Source: Escherichia phage MN01
Sequence record: MT129652.1
Direction: 5' to 3' (one strand)
Length of the DNA stretch: 64,000 bases
Position numbers and translations under genes: made by a program. The notes beneath the pieces were generated by a model, which was given only the letters and a program-made list of their open reading frames with translations, did no database searches and was not told the origin of the DNA. This document shows positions 17,745-26,386 of the stretch, in pieces (the stretch's first letter is position 1; each line of letters opens with the position of its first letter).

Positions 17745-17960
17745 ATGACCATTTTGAGTATCAGTATTATTTTTGGCTATCTTGTGGTAGGATTTATTAC
17801 TACCCTGTTGCTCCACAAGTTTGATAGTCCCTACGAAAGTGGGGACGAGTATGATGCGGCGTTCACAACATTTTGCTGGCCTATATTCTGGGTAGTCGCT
17901 GTTATAATGTGTGTGACCTGGCCTATTGCTAAATTCTATGAAAAATTATTTGGACTATGA
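17745..17960 (+). CDS. Hypothetical membrane protein
   Basis: 71 aa; two hydrophobic helices. Confidence 0.45.
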   Translation: MTILSISIIFGYLVVGFITTLLLHKFDSPYESGDEYDAAFTTFCWPIFWVVAVIMCVTWPIAKFYEKLFGL

Positions 17961-17961
17961 T

Positions 17962-18861
17962 ATGAAAATTAAAACTCGTGCTGAATATGCTAGTAGTTAT
18001 GAACCACATGACGGTCGTGTGACTCGTCTTATCGCAATGAATTCTTTGGTTAACTTTGGCAAAATCAAATCAGGTTCTGCTACCCAGGGGTATGGTCAAC
18101 GTATTGTAAGAATTAACTCTCTGAATGATTACTGCCGCCGCCCAGCGTTTTTGTTTGGTGCCACGGTTCGTAAGAGTATCAAGGAAATTCTGGCCGGCGG
18201 ATTTCGTATTCGCAAAGCTCCGGTTAACATCAAGAACTATAATTTTAACTCTGACAACTTGATTATCAATATCAAGAATGATGGTGTACAGATTAAGTTC
18301 AAACCAACCACCAAGGGCGATGTTGCTCTTTGTCATAACTTTAAAGAGGTTATGGGTATTGCGCTGTTTTATATGCGCCATGCTGTTGAATCGTACACGT
18401 TTGATGAAGATACAAATTATATCCACCAAACGGAAAAATTCCTCAAAACTATAGCTATTGATATTAAATTAACTAAAGAATATCTTTTGTCTTATGCTCC
18501 TTATCAAGAGAAAAATGAACCAGAAGATAAAAAGGAACCAGAAATGGAACGTATCCCTACCGCATCATATGGCCCAGCATTTGCAGGTCAGTTTAAATCT
18601 TACGACCAGACTAAAATTTCACCACTGGAAGTTAAAAATATGTATCAATGGAAAATCCAGCCCGACAGCTCTCTTGAAATCTTTAACCCACCAATGAAGC
18701 CTATTGAGAGCTATCATGCTGATGCTATCCGGGAATCGGTTAACCGCTTAAATGGTCTGATTGAAGATGAGAAAAAGGGTATCCAGGATGTTCTGAATCG
18801 CATCAAGAATATGGAAAAACAACGCAATAAATTGCAAGCTGCAATCAAAGCATTAAAATAA
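17962..18861 (+). CDS. Hypothetical protein with C-terminal coiled coil
   Basis: Internal ATG at 17962 directly after upstream stop; 299 aa; C-terminus IQDVLNRIKNMEKQRNKLQAAIKALK. Confidence 0.55.
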   Translation: MKIKTRAEYASSYEPHDGRVTRLIAMNSLVNFGKIKSGSATQGYGQRIVRINSLNDYCRRPAFLFGATVRKSIKEILAGGFRIRKAPVNIKNYNFNSDNLIINIKNDGVQIKFKPTTKGDVALCHNFKEVMGIALFYMRHAVESYTFDEDTNYIHQTEKFLKTIAIDIKLTKEYLLSYAPYQEKNEPEDKKEPEMERIPTASYGPAFAGQFKSYDQTKISPLEVKNMYQWKIQPDSSLEIFNPPMKPIESYHADAIRESVNRLNGLIEDEKKGIQDVLNRIKNMEKQRNKLQAAIKALK

Positions 18862-18862
18862 T

Positions 18863-18892
18863 GTTTACTTCCAAGGATGGAGGGAGTATAAT
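18863..18892 (+). promoter_or_regulatory. Sigma70-type early promoter
   Basis: GTTTAC, 18-bp spacer, TATAAT; upstream of gene 18920. Confidence 0.45.
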
Positions 18893-18919
18893 GAATTCCT
18901 ACTTTATGAGGAGAACACT

Positions 18920-19912
18920 ATGACGCGTAACGAATATATCCAGGCCTTTAATACCACTATTGATGCAAAAGTAAAACCATTAATAGGTGAATCGGCTATC
19001 CTTTTAATTATCAATTACTGGTTAAATCAGATTGACTCGACGATTGTTGCATCCGGTCGCTTCAAGAAAGACATTGCGACTATTGCGAGTCGTGCCGGTA
19101 AAGATGATATCAAGAAAACTTTTAAAGGTTCCCGAGTCCTGGCATACCTAGTTAATAAAGACCTTCTTAATAAGTTTGGTGTTGAATCCAGACGTGGTAA
19201 AGGTACAATTGGATATCATTGGTTTGGTGATGTTGAAAAATACTACCTTGATAATCAAGGCTATACTGTTTCTGAATTCGCAAATTGCTGGGCTCGTGAA
19301 TTCAGAGATAACAAAATGTCTATCATCAAATCAGCGACAAAATTGATGGGTGGCGATTATCGCACTATCTCCCATTTGGCTGAGCACATGATAAAGGTTA
19401 AAGAGTCTGGTGCAAACCAGGTAATTATTACAGCTAAGTATGGATTCTTTACGCCAGTGGCTACCCCAGAAAATGTCAAAAAGTATTTTGATGCTGCAAG
19501 TACGCTTACTTCACAGATGCAGTGTGCCCTTAATTATATGCGTACTGTTGAAAAAATTAAAGTAGACCCTATCACCAGTACTCATGGTTGGAAAGGTTGG
19601 AAAATTGTGGTGACATTACGCGAAGTTAAATGTGCAAAGCAACCAACTGTTGCAGAAATCCATAAAAAGAAAAATGAGGAAATTATGAACGCTCCGCATG
19701 AAGTTACCACCCTTGAAGACCTGATTGATAATCTGAATAATGAGCCAGTGAAACAAAAAGCGCCTGAAATTGTTGCCCTGGAAACAGCGTATAATGAAGC
19801 TCTTGCTGTTAATAAAAAAGCAACTGAAGACTATACAAAAGCCAAGCGACTTTGGGAAGAATCAACCAATCGTCTGGATAAACTGGAACAGGCCCTGGAG
19901 CTGCTGAAATGA
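18920..19912 (+). CDS. Hypothetical protein with C-terminal coiled coil
   Basis: 330 aa; C-terminus ...ESTNRLDKLEQALELLK. Confidence 0.55.
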   Translation: MTRNEYIQAFNTTIDAKVKPLIGESAILLIINYWLNQIDSTIVASGRFKKDIATIASRAGKDDIKKTFKGSRVLAYLVNKDLLNKFGVESRRGKGTIGYHWFGDVEKYYLDNQGYTVSEFANCWAREFRDNKMSIIKSATKLMGGDYRTISHLAEHMIKVKESGANQVIITAKYGFFTPVATPENVKKYFDAASTLTSQMQCALNYMRTVEKIKVDPITSTHGWKGWKIVVTLREVKCAKQPTVAEIHKKKNEEIMNAPHEVTTLEDLIDNLNNEPVKQKAPEIVALETAYNEALAVNKKATEDYTKAKRLWEESTNRLDKLEQALELLK

Positions 19913-20247
19913 AACAACGTTTAGCTGAAGATATTGCAGAAACTGCATTTCCAGAATGGACCCCCGCTGTGGGGGTTAATAAAGGTCTTTTAAAATTTAT
20001 TGAAAACGCCGAAGGCGAAGACCTTGTACAGTTAGGAAAGATTCATGGCTGTGATGATTATAGTCAGGTTCCCGATTGGGATATGGTAATGGCTATGGTT
20101 CGCCGCCGTGAACGCGCTTCTAAGAGCGTTCCAAACTGTCCAGAATGCGGAACTGAACAGGTCCAGTTGGTCCATTGGCAGACTAGCAATCTTCGTTATA
20201 AATGCAGACATTGTAAACACAAATTTGAGCGAGAAGAAAATGATTAA
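19909..20247 (+). CDS. Hypothetical zinc-ribbon protein
   Basis: 112 aa; CPECG-x17-CRHCKHKF zinc-ribbon pattern. Confidence 0.5.
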   Translation: MKQRLAEDIAETAFPEWTPAVGVNKGLLKFIENAEGEDLVQLGKIHGCDDYSQVPDWDMVMAMVRRRERASKSVPNCPECGTEQVQLVHWQTSNLRYKCRHCKHKFEREEND

Positions 20248-20419
20248 TTTAGACGAATTAAAAAAGCTTAAAGAAAAATGTGCTTTGGATATAAATGACT
20301 TCGCAAAACAAATTTGTGAAGTCCAGCCCATGCCGGATAATTTAGTGTCAGACATCCTGGAAGCACTTGATGGTAAATCACTTGTAATCAGTCCGCGAGA
20401 AGAAAATGGCAAAGCGTAA
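20240..20419 (+). CDS. Hypothetical small protein
   Basis: Internal ATG at 20240; 59 aa. Confidence 0.35.
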   Translation: MINLDELKKLKEKCALDINDFAKQICEVQPMPDNLVSDILEALDGKSLVISPREENGKA

Positions 20420-20648
20420 AGAATATCTTGAGACTGCTGATAAGGTGGTCCGTGAATTAACTCTGGCCTATTATAAAGAACACGGTAAACTTCCGGATAG
20501 TTATTCAGTATTGAAATCTGCTTTAACTCGTTCATATAATAATATGCGTTCAGAAGTTTATGGTATTATGGTCAAACATAAAGAACAAACCGGTCAATAC
20601 CCCGATTATACTGAGACCTTCAAACAAGTATTAGGAATTAAGGAATAA
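20406..20648 (+). CDS. Hypothetical protein
   Basis: 80 aa ORF. Confidence 0.45.
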   Translation: MAKRKEYLETADKVVRELTLAYYKEHGKLPDSYSVLKSALTRSYNNMRSEVYGIMVKHKEQTGQYPDYTETFKQVLGIKE

Positions 20649-20649
20649 T

Positions 20650-20913
20650 ATGTTTAAAGTATATGGTTATGATTCATCTATTCATCGCTGCGTTTTCTGC
20701 GATAATGCAAAACGTCTACTTGACGTTAAAAAACAACCTTACGAATTCATCAATGTTATGCCGGAAAAAGGTGTGTTTGATGATGAGAAGATTGCTCAAC
20801 TCCTGGCTGCACTTGGTCGCGAATCCCAAATTGGTTTGACCATGCCGCAAGTATTTGCCCCTGACGGAAGTCATATTGGTGGCTTCGACCAACTGCGAGC
20901 ATATTTCAAATGA
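20650..20913 (+). CDS. nrdC: Thioredoxin/glutaredoxin NrdC
   Basis: MFKVYGYDSSIHRCVFCDNAKRLL...TMPQVFAPDGSHIGGFDQLRAYFK closely matches T4 NrdC; CVFC active site; 87 aa. Confidence 0.92.
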   Translation: MFKVYGYDSSIHRCVFCDNAKRLLDVKKQPYEFINVMPEKGVFDDEKIAQLLAALGRESQIGLTMPQVFAPDGSHIGGFDQLRAYFK

Positions 20914-21077
20914 TTGAATTATTGTTGGGTATTTTGTATCTTATCATCGGTATTGGTTATGCTAAGACCCTAGCTAAATTAGATGATTTCGGTGCAGGTG
21001 ACTTTTGCTGGTGGCTAACGTCTATGATTTGTTGGCCTTTATTTCTGGTTGGTGCTTCATTCTGGAACTTTAAATGA
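20910..21077 (+). CDS. Hypothetical small membrane protein (55 aa)
   Basis: ATG overlapping the nrdC stop; two hydrophobic segments; below ORF-track cut-off. Confidence 0.35.
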   Translation: MIELLLGILYLIIGIGYAKTLAKLDDFGAGDFCWWLTSMICWPLFLVGASFWNFK

Positions 21078-21099
21078 TTGACAAATTTATGGTGGAATT

Positions 21100-21408
21100 A
21101 TGAGTGAATTAGACGGACAAACAATTTATCTGGGTGACGGTAAAGAAGACGACCTGGAATATAAACTATACGAATACATGGTAGCCCTGGCAAAGGAAGA
21201 AGGTATTGACTTTGCTGTGGCTAACCCGTATGGTGAGAACACTGTTGTAATTGGCGGCACTGCTTATGAAGTCCAATGGCAATACGTTGGCCTTGAATCT
21301 GAAGTATATGAAGAAGATAAGCATGGCGATTGGCATCCCATGGGCCCTTGGTACTGGGACGACGGCGAGCCTGATTTTGAAGTATCAAGCTATTGGAGTG
21401 ACCAATGA
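21100..21408 (+). CDS. Hypothetical acidic protein
   Basis: 102 aa ORF. Confidence 0.5.
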   Translation: MSELDGQTIYLGDGKEDDLEYKLYEYMVALAKEEGIDFAVANPYGENTVVIGGTAYEVQWQYVGLESEVYEEDKHGDWHPMGPWYWDDGEPDFEVSSYWSDQ

Positions 21409-21725
21409 CTATTGAAAATGAATTAGATGTTGATGCTGTTTTAAGCGAAATCATTGAAGACCATGATGCGTTTACTGAATCATACGAGTTTGAATTTTCG
21501 GACTACCTGGTTCCGGTTGAATTAGGCGAATGGACACAAACCGGCAAATACCAATATCGCCAAGCAATTTATTTCAGCAAGAAACATAACGTGCATGTGG
21601 CCGTAAACGAAACTCGTACTGGTTCTTATCATACTGACTGGGACCATATGGTCCCGACTGTTGAACTGGTCAAGCTCCAAGAACGTGTCGTAACCCAAAC
21701 TATCAGAGAATGGATTACGCTATAA
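21405..21725 (+). CDS. Hypothetical acidic protein
   Basis: 106 aa; ATGA overlap. Confidence 0.5.
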   Translation: MTIENELDVDAVLSEIIEDHDAFTESYEFEFSDYLVPVELGEWTQTGKYQYRQAIYFSKKHNVHVAVNETRTGSYHTDWDHMVPTVELVKLQERVVTQTIREWITL

Positions 21726-21772
21726 AACCATGGTATACCGCTCGATGGGAAACCGTCGAGCCAGAGGAACCT

Positions 21773-21802
21773 GTTTACAACGATTCCGAAATAGATTATA
21801 AT
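21773..21802 (+). promoter_or_regulatory. Sigma70-type early promoter
   Basis: GTTTAC, 18-bp spacer, TATAAT. Confidence 0.4.
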
Positions 21803-21840
21803 GAACCTTCAAACAATGATTTAATCGATATGGAGTTTGG

Positions 21841-22014
21841 ATATGAGTACCAAAATTGAAATCGGCCGTCATAAAGGCCGTCTGATTGAACATTCGCTTT
21901 ATGAATTGTCGGATTCTCGTAAGTTACCCGATGAAGAATCTGCTTTGATTTTTGCCGCAGCTGACTACATTCATTGGCTTGAAGCCCAACTCCGCTTTTC
22001 TGATGAGGCCTTCT
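21841..22014 (+). CDS. Hypothetical small protein (57 aa)
   Basis: ATG at 21841; stop overlaps next ATG (TGATG). Confidence 0.35.
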
Positions 22015-22015
22015 G

Positions 22016-22318
22016 ATGAATTTATTTGAATTTGAAGGTAAAACTATTCGTATTACTGAAGAAGATGTCGACCATTATGTTGACTGGCCTGAATTAAACG
22101 GCAATCGCGGTTTTGAGTCAGGCGAGCTCTGTGAAGGTGCTGAAGTTAAAATCTTGAAGGTGGAGATTTCTCCATGGGGCAATCCTGAAATCATTGGCGT
22201 AACTGCTATCGAATTCAATGGTAAGGTATACGAATACACTAAAGAAATGTTTGAAGATACTAAAGCTTCATTCTGGTGTTTTTGGACTAACGATGATAAT
22301 GAATTTGAGGTCGCATGA
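22016..22318 (+). CDS. Hypothetical acidic protein
   Basis: 100 aa ORF. Confidence 0.5.
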   Translation: MNLFEFEGKTIRITEEDVDHYVDWPELNGNRGFESGELCEGAEVKILKVEISPWGNPEIIGVTAIEFNGKVYEYTKEMFEDTKASFWCFWTNDDNEFEVA

Positions 22319-22491
22319 AAACTGCATTAGTCTATACCGAAAAGTTAAACGGTGACAAGGTCTGGAAACTTCTTATCAAAGGAAGCCCTACTGACCAGTT
22401 TATGGCCACCTGTGTGGGATTGTATACTCGTCCTACCAAAAAGATGATTCGTCAATTTAAACGGTTGCACCGTTCGTTCTACGGGGTCTGA
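22315..22491 (+). CDS. Hypothetical small protein (58 aa)
   Basis: ATGA overlap with upstream stop; basic C-terminus. Confidence 0.35.
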   Translation: MKTALVYTEKLNGDKVWKLLIKGSPTDQFMATCVGLYTRPTKKMIRQFKRLHRSFYGV

Positions 22492-22582
22492 TATGGATGC
22501 TCTTATTACGGTATTTTGGGTCGGAGTTGTTTTATTCGGATTGTTGTTAGTGCTAAGTTGCACTGCTAAACTATTAGGATAT

Positions 22583-22620
22583 TAATAAATACCCTTATCT
22601 AATAATGGTAAGGGTTTATT
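22583..22620 (+). promoter_or_regulatory. Late-promoter-like TAATAAATA plus hairpin sequestering the gene 49 start region
   Basis: AATAAATACCCTTA pairs with TAAGGGTTTATT immediately 5-prime of the ATG at 22621; same TAATAAATACCC motif as upstream of e. Confidence 0.5.
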
Positions 22621-23094
22621 ATGTTGTTGACTGGCAAATTATACAAAGAAGAAAAACAAAAACTTTATGATGCACAAGCTGGTAAGTGTCCAATTTGCCA
22701 CCGTGATTTGGACTCTGATGTTCAGGCCAACCATCTTGACCATGACCACGAATTGAACGGGCCAAAAGCCGGTAAGGTTCGCGGGTTACTATGCAATCTG
22801 TGCAATGGAACAGAAGGGCAAATGAAGCATAAGTTCAGCCGTTCGGGTCTGAAAGGTCGTGATGTTGACTACCTGGAATGGTTAGAGAGTTTGCTTGTCT
22901 ATCTGAAATCTGATTATACCGAAAACAATATTCACCCTAATTTTGTGACAGACAAAGCTAAAGAGTTCGGTCGCCTGGGGAAAGAAGAAATGATTCAGGA
23001 AATGCTTTTGAACGGCATGACTTATAATGAATCTGATACGAAGCCTAAACTACAAGCTTCATTTAAAAAACAACTGAGGAAATCGCTTAAATGA
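22621..23094 (+). CDS. 49: Endonuclease VII (Holliday junction resolvase)
   Basis: MLLTGKLYKEEKQKLYDAQAGKCPICHRDL...HLDHDHELNGPKAGKVRGLLCNLCN...KKQLRKSLK closely matches T4 gp49; 157 aa. Confidence 0.93.
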   Translation: MLLTGKLYKEEKQKLYDAQAGKCPICHRDLDSDVQANHLDHDHELNGPKAGKVRGLLCNLCNGTEGQMKHKFSRSGLKGRDVDYLEWLESLLVYLKSDYTENNIHPNFVTDKAKEFGRLGKEEMIQEMLLNGMTYNESDTKPKLQASFKKQLRKSLK

Positions 23095-23179
23095 TTAATT
23101 TTTATGGAATTATTGTATATTGTATTGGCGAAGCTATAAACAATTTAATACGATTGATGGGTGAGGAGTATCCTTCTCA

Positions 23180-23431
23180 ATGGCTATTCCTCGTAACCAA
23201 TACAGGACCTTTCTAATGAACAAATTTCGTAATGCTGTTTCTGATATCCTGGCCAATATTACATTTGTCTTGTTTATTGTGTGCCTTTTAATTCTGGTCG
23301 TCCCATTTGGATTGCTGTTTGTGATGATTGGCGCCCTGAGTACTGAAAAGGGCCTTGAAGGGTCTGAGTTCGACAAACGAATCCAGGCTGTCCATAGTGT
23401 TATTGCTAAAATGATGAAGGTGAAAGAATGA
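23180..23431 (+). CDS. Hypothetical membrane protein
   Basis: 83 aa; central hydrophobic helix ITFVLFIVCLLILVVPFGLLFVMIGAL. Confidence 0.4.
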   Translation: MAIPRNQYRTFLMNKFRNAVSDILANITFVLFIVCLLILVVPFGLLFVMIGALSTEKGLEGSEFDKRIQAVHSVIAKMMKVKE

Positions 23432-23727
23432 AACGTTTTGAAGAATATGTAGCTACTAATTGGACTGCATGGGACAAGTTCGGTGATGAATGGTACTTCC
23501 ACGACTGTGACCTGGACCCGAAATTCTTTGCTGATAAAGAAGAAGACCTTAAAGATATCTATGCTCTATCTGAGATTCATGGAATCAAACCGACGGTTTA
23601 TTTCTCTTTCGATGACACAGGTTTCCTTATTCAGATTTATGTCCCGTACGCAACTTCCAGCGATGAAGAAGTTATTAAAACCTGGAACTACCAAGGAGTG
23701 ATTTCCTGTGGGCCAAAACTCGACTAA
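23428..23727 (+). CDS. Hypothetical acidic protein
   Basis: 99 aa; ATGA overlap. Confidence 0.5.
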   Translation: MKRFEEYVATNWTAWDKFGDEWYFHDCDLDPKFFADKEEDLKDIYALSEIHGIKPTVYFSFDDTGFLIQIYVPYATSSDEEVIKTWNYQGVISCGPKLD

Positions 23728-24025
23728 GATTGAAATCTATGGTATTCCCGAAGAAGTCGGTCGATGCCCAGGTTGTATGCACGTCAGGAGCCTTCTGGGC
23801 TCCTTAAACCTTCCTTATACATTCTATTCAGTCCTTAACAAACAAGGCTCTGAAATCGCTTATGACAGGCCTTTAATCGTGTCTCTGGCCAAGCGTGCTG
23901 GATATCCTACCCTTAACATTCGTTACCCGGTGATTTTTGTCAATGATGAAAAAATGACCAATATTCCTGCCTTTAAAACAAAACTGATATCCCTGGGGTA
24001 TGACCAGGACTTAATTGAAGATTAA
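23708..24025 (+). CDS. Glutaredoxin/NrdH-like thiol-disulfide oxidoreductase
   Basis: GTG start with AAGGAG SD; KIEIYGIP-x5-CPGC active-site pattern and later YPVIFVND resemble a glutaredoxin fold. Confidence 0.55.
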   Translation: MGQNSTKIEIYGIPEEVGRCPGCMHVRSLLGSLNLPYTFYSVLNKQGSEIAYDRPLIVSLAKRAGYPTLNIRYPVIFVNDEKMTNIPAFKTKLISLGYDQDLIED

Positions 24026-24030
24026 AAAGG

Positions 24031-24092
24031 GGTGTACAAGCCCCTTTGAATGATGTATCATTATCCCATCAACTACTGATGAGGAAAACATA
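24031..24092 (+). promoter_or_regulatory. Promoter-leader cassette, family B (GTGTACA in hairpin loop, TATCAT -10, ATCCCATCAACTACTGATGAGGA leader)
   Basis: GGGG-TGTACAA-GCCCC hairpin; leader motif recurs at about 11862, 43640, 50280, 54410 and in degenerate form elsewhere. Confidence 0.5.
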
Positions 24093-24269
24093 ATGACTAT
24101 CCAAGATAAAGAAATTAAAGTCAACCAGTATTATTCAATCAACGGCAAAGCTGTTCTAGTAACTGAAATATCTAGCCTGGATGTGTGGTATACCATAATT
24201 GACCTTAATATTAAAATGATTTGTGACCGTGGTGTATTTTGTTCGATAGCTAAGGAAATTAAATTATGA
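24093..24269 (+). CDS. Hypothetical small protein (58 aa)
   Basis: ATG at 24093 directly after the family-B leader; stop overlaps next ATG. Confidence 0.4.
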   Translation: MTIQDKEIKVNQYYSINGKAVLVTEISSLDVWYTIIDLNIKMICDRGVFCSIAKEIKL

Positions 24270-24520
24270 GCCTGAAATTACACTCAATGAAAAATATCAT
24301 TACCCTTAATCTGGATGATGAGCGCCTAATTTTTCTCACCGTCACTGATAAGAATATTGAAATTGCAAATGGTCCTAAGACTTATTGCTGCCCAGTGAAG
24401 AATTGGAAGCATGTAACCTTTTTGACCCTGTGTGACCGTCTGAAAGACCTTAAGTTGGATTTGGATGTCAAAGATATCCAGTACATTAAAAATCTTATTG
24501 GATACAAACTGTTGAGGTAA
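24266..24520 (+). CDS. Hypothetical protein
   Basis: 84 aa ORF. Confidence 0.45.
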   Translation: MSLKLHSMKNIITLNLDDERLIFLTVTDKNIEIANGPKTYCCPVKNWKHVTFLTLCDRLKDLKLDLDVKDIQYIKNLIGYKLLR

Positions 24521-24522
24521 CT

Positions 24523-24816
24523 ATGGGTAAAACTATTCGTCGTAAAGATTTGTCTTCTAAAGATTTTAATTGCATAGCTAGACGTAAAGCGCCTGATGGT
24601 GTATCAGAAGAAACTTTAAACGAAAATATCTTCCGTTCAGACAAATGGAAGCGCATGAGCGGTGTTGATTCTGAAGTTAAGAATGAAATGAATCGTCAAC
24701 TGCGTAAAGAAGTTCGTCAGTTGAAAAAAGATGTATACGTTGAGGATGATTTGGATTATAATACTTCTCACCGTGTTGCAAAGCGTAAATCAAACGAATG
24801 CTATCGTTACAGCTGA
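24523..24816 (+). CDS. Hypothetical basic protein
   Basis: 97 aa; lysine/arginine rich. Confidence 0.45.
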   Translation: MGKTIRRKDLSSKDFNCIARRKAPDGVSEETLNENIFRSDKWKRMSGVDSEVKNEMNRQLRKEVRQLKKDVYVEDDLDYNTSHRVAKRKSNECYRYS

Positions 24817-24823
24817 GGAAAAT

Positions 24824-24955
24824 ATGAATATCAAACGTATGCTTTTTAAACAAGGGTTATACACTTTAAATTCTGCTCCAAAAGGCGATACAACCAAGTG
24901 GTCAGTAAATGACTGGATTGAATTTATTGATGAAAACGGTAACTGGAAAATTTAA
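24824..24955 (+). CDS. Hypothetical small protein (43 aa)
   Basis: ATG at 24824 after GAGGAAAAT SD. Confidence 0.3.
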   Translation: MNIKRMLFKQGLYTLNSAPKGDTTKWSVNDWIEFIDENGNWKI

Positions 24956-24956
24956 A

Positions 24957-25154
24957 ATGAATCCACAATCTAAATTGTCACAACGTATTGCAGAAGAACG
25001 TGCCAAATTTTTCCAGAACATGAAACACTCTGGCATTGAGGATGAAGTTTTTCTGAACTGGTTTTGGAATAATAAGTATGCAGCATGTGAAGGCGCACTG
25101 CTTTTGTCCGTTGCAATGATGTATGAAGGCTGGAAAGCGGCTAAAGCGCAATAA
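24957..25154 (+). CDS. Hypothetical small protein
   Basis: Internal ATG at 24957 directly after upstream stop; 65 aa. Confidence 0.4.
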   Translation: MNPQSKLSQRIAEERAKFFQNMKHSGIEDEVFLNWFWNNKYAACEGALLLSVAMMYEGWKAAKAQ

Positions 25155-25226
25155 AAACCAACGGGGTCATGGTATAATGACCCCAGGATAATAAAATTTT
25201 AATTTAATGAGACTGAGGAATATATC

Positions 25227-25553
25227 ATGACTGCATCTATCACTAACATCATCGCTAATTTCGCATTTGCTAAAGTTAACACTCTGATGAAATCTGGTTT
25301 TGTTACCCCTGAGATTCTGGACCAGTGGGAAGGCGATGTACAGAAACTGATTATTGCGGAAGGTCAGACAATGGGTAAAGCGCGTATTCGTGAAAGCCTT
25401 GTCCAGTATATCCTGAATGAATTTGATGTAGTAGCGTTTGGTTTACCGCTTCTGCGTGAAAACAAAGAAGTTTCTGATAAAGCTATCAAGCGTATGAAGT
25501 CCCAACGCAAGAAGGGGTTTGTTGACCTGAAAATTGTTAAGGGTGCAAAATGA
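25227..25553 (+). CDS. Hypothetical protein
   Basis: 108 aa; upstream GGGGTC-ATGGTATAAT-GACCCC hairpin with TATAAT in the loop. Confidence 0.5.
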   Translation: MTASITNIIANFAFAKVNTLMKSGFVTPEILDQWEGDVQKLIIAEGQTMGKARIRESLVQYILNEFDVVAFGLPLLRENKEVSDKAIKRMKSQRKKGFVDLKIVKGAK

Positions 25554-25813
25554 TGTGCCCTGCTATTGAATTACCTGAAGGTGTTGCGGTAATAGTATCT
25601 TACAAACATACGTATGCTAATGGAATTCGCCGAGCTCATAAAATTAGTCACGGTTACTATTTACAAAGGACTTTAAATTATTTCATTTCAATGGGATATG
25701 AATTCAGAATCTATCCTATGTGTACTAAAACCAAGTACACTAAAATCGATGCTTGGGAAGCTTGGGCGGAAGGCATGACATTAGACGAATTCCTGGACTA
25801 CTTAAATGATTAA
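25550..25813 (+). CDS. Hypothetical protein
   Basis: 87 aa; ATGA overlap. Confidence 0.45.
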   Translation: MMCPAIELPEGVAVIVSYKHTYANGIRRAHKISHGYYLQRTLNYFISMGYEFRIYPMCTKTKYTKIDAWEAWAEGMTLDEFLDYLND

Positions 25814-26072
25814 AATAAAACTCTCTAATTACGATAAAAACCTGGAAATGATTACTATGAAAGAAGAACTCCTGAATGATGTCCGCTTTACGGGTTATGC
25901 AGTTCAATTTAATAATGCTGGTGTTCTCCAGATTGAAGGTGACCACTTTATTATCGAATATGAATTTAAACAGTATTGGTTGTATGCCAAAGATGAAGTA
26001 GGTGGGATTGATTATGTTGACCAGTTTGATAAGCTTGACGATGTTTTAGAAGCTGCTCAGATGGTGTACTGA
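25806..26072 (+). CDS. Hypothetical acidic protein
   Basis: 88 aa ORF. Confidence 0.45.
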   Translation: MIKIKLSNYDKNLEMITMKEELLNDVRFTGYAVQFNNAGVLQIEGDHFIIEYEFKQYWLYAKDEVGGIDYVDQFDKLDDVLEAAQMVY

Positions 26073-26338
26073 TGCACATCAATCATACAATGATATCCAT
26101 CCAGGACCTGGGAACGTTTTGTGTGGATGAATTCATGAAAATAACATTCTTCCCGCATGCAGAAGGATATGGCTCTTGGGAGTCTCATATCGGCATGTTG
26201 AATGAAGGACAATACCGCAACGAGCATGACCGTCTGATGGAATTCATTAGTGATGCCGAGGTTATTCCTTATATTGACATTCATGAATTTAAGGCAATTA
26301 TGGAGAAGGTCTTTCAGGCTTACTGTTTACTTCGCTAA
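26072..26338 (+). CDS. Hypothetical protein
   Basis: 88 aa ORF. Confidence 0.45.
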   Translation: MHINHTMISIQDLGTFCVDEFMKITFFPHAEGYGSWESHIGMLNEGQYRNEHDRLMEFISDAEVIPYIDIHEFKAIMEKVFQAYCLLR

Positions 26339-26386
26339 TGCTTTGTATCAAGGATGATATAATATTCATATACTAAGTGAGGCGAT

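Noticed and set aside
20032-20535. 167-aa minus-strand ORF
   Set aside because: It is antisense to three consecutive + strand genes with good start contexts, has no SD, and has a Ser/Leu-rich composition.
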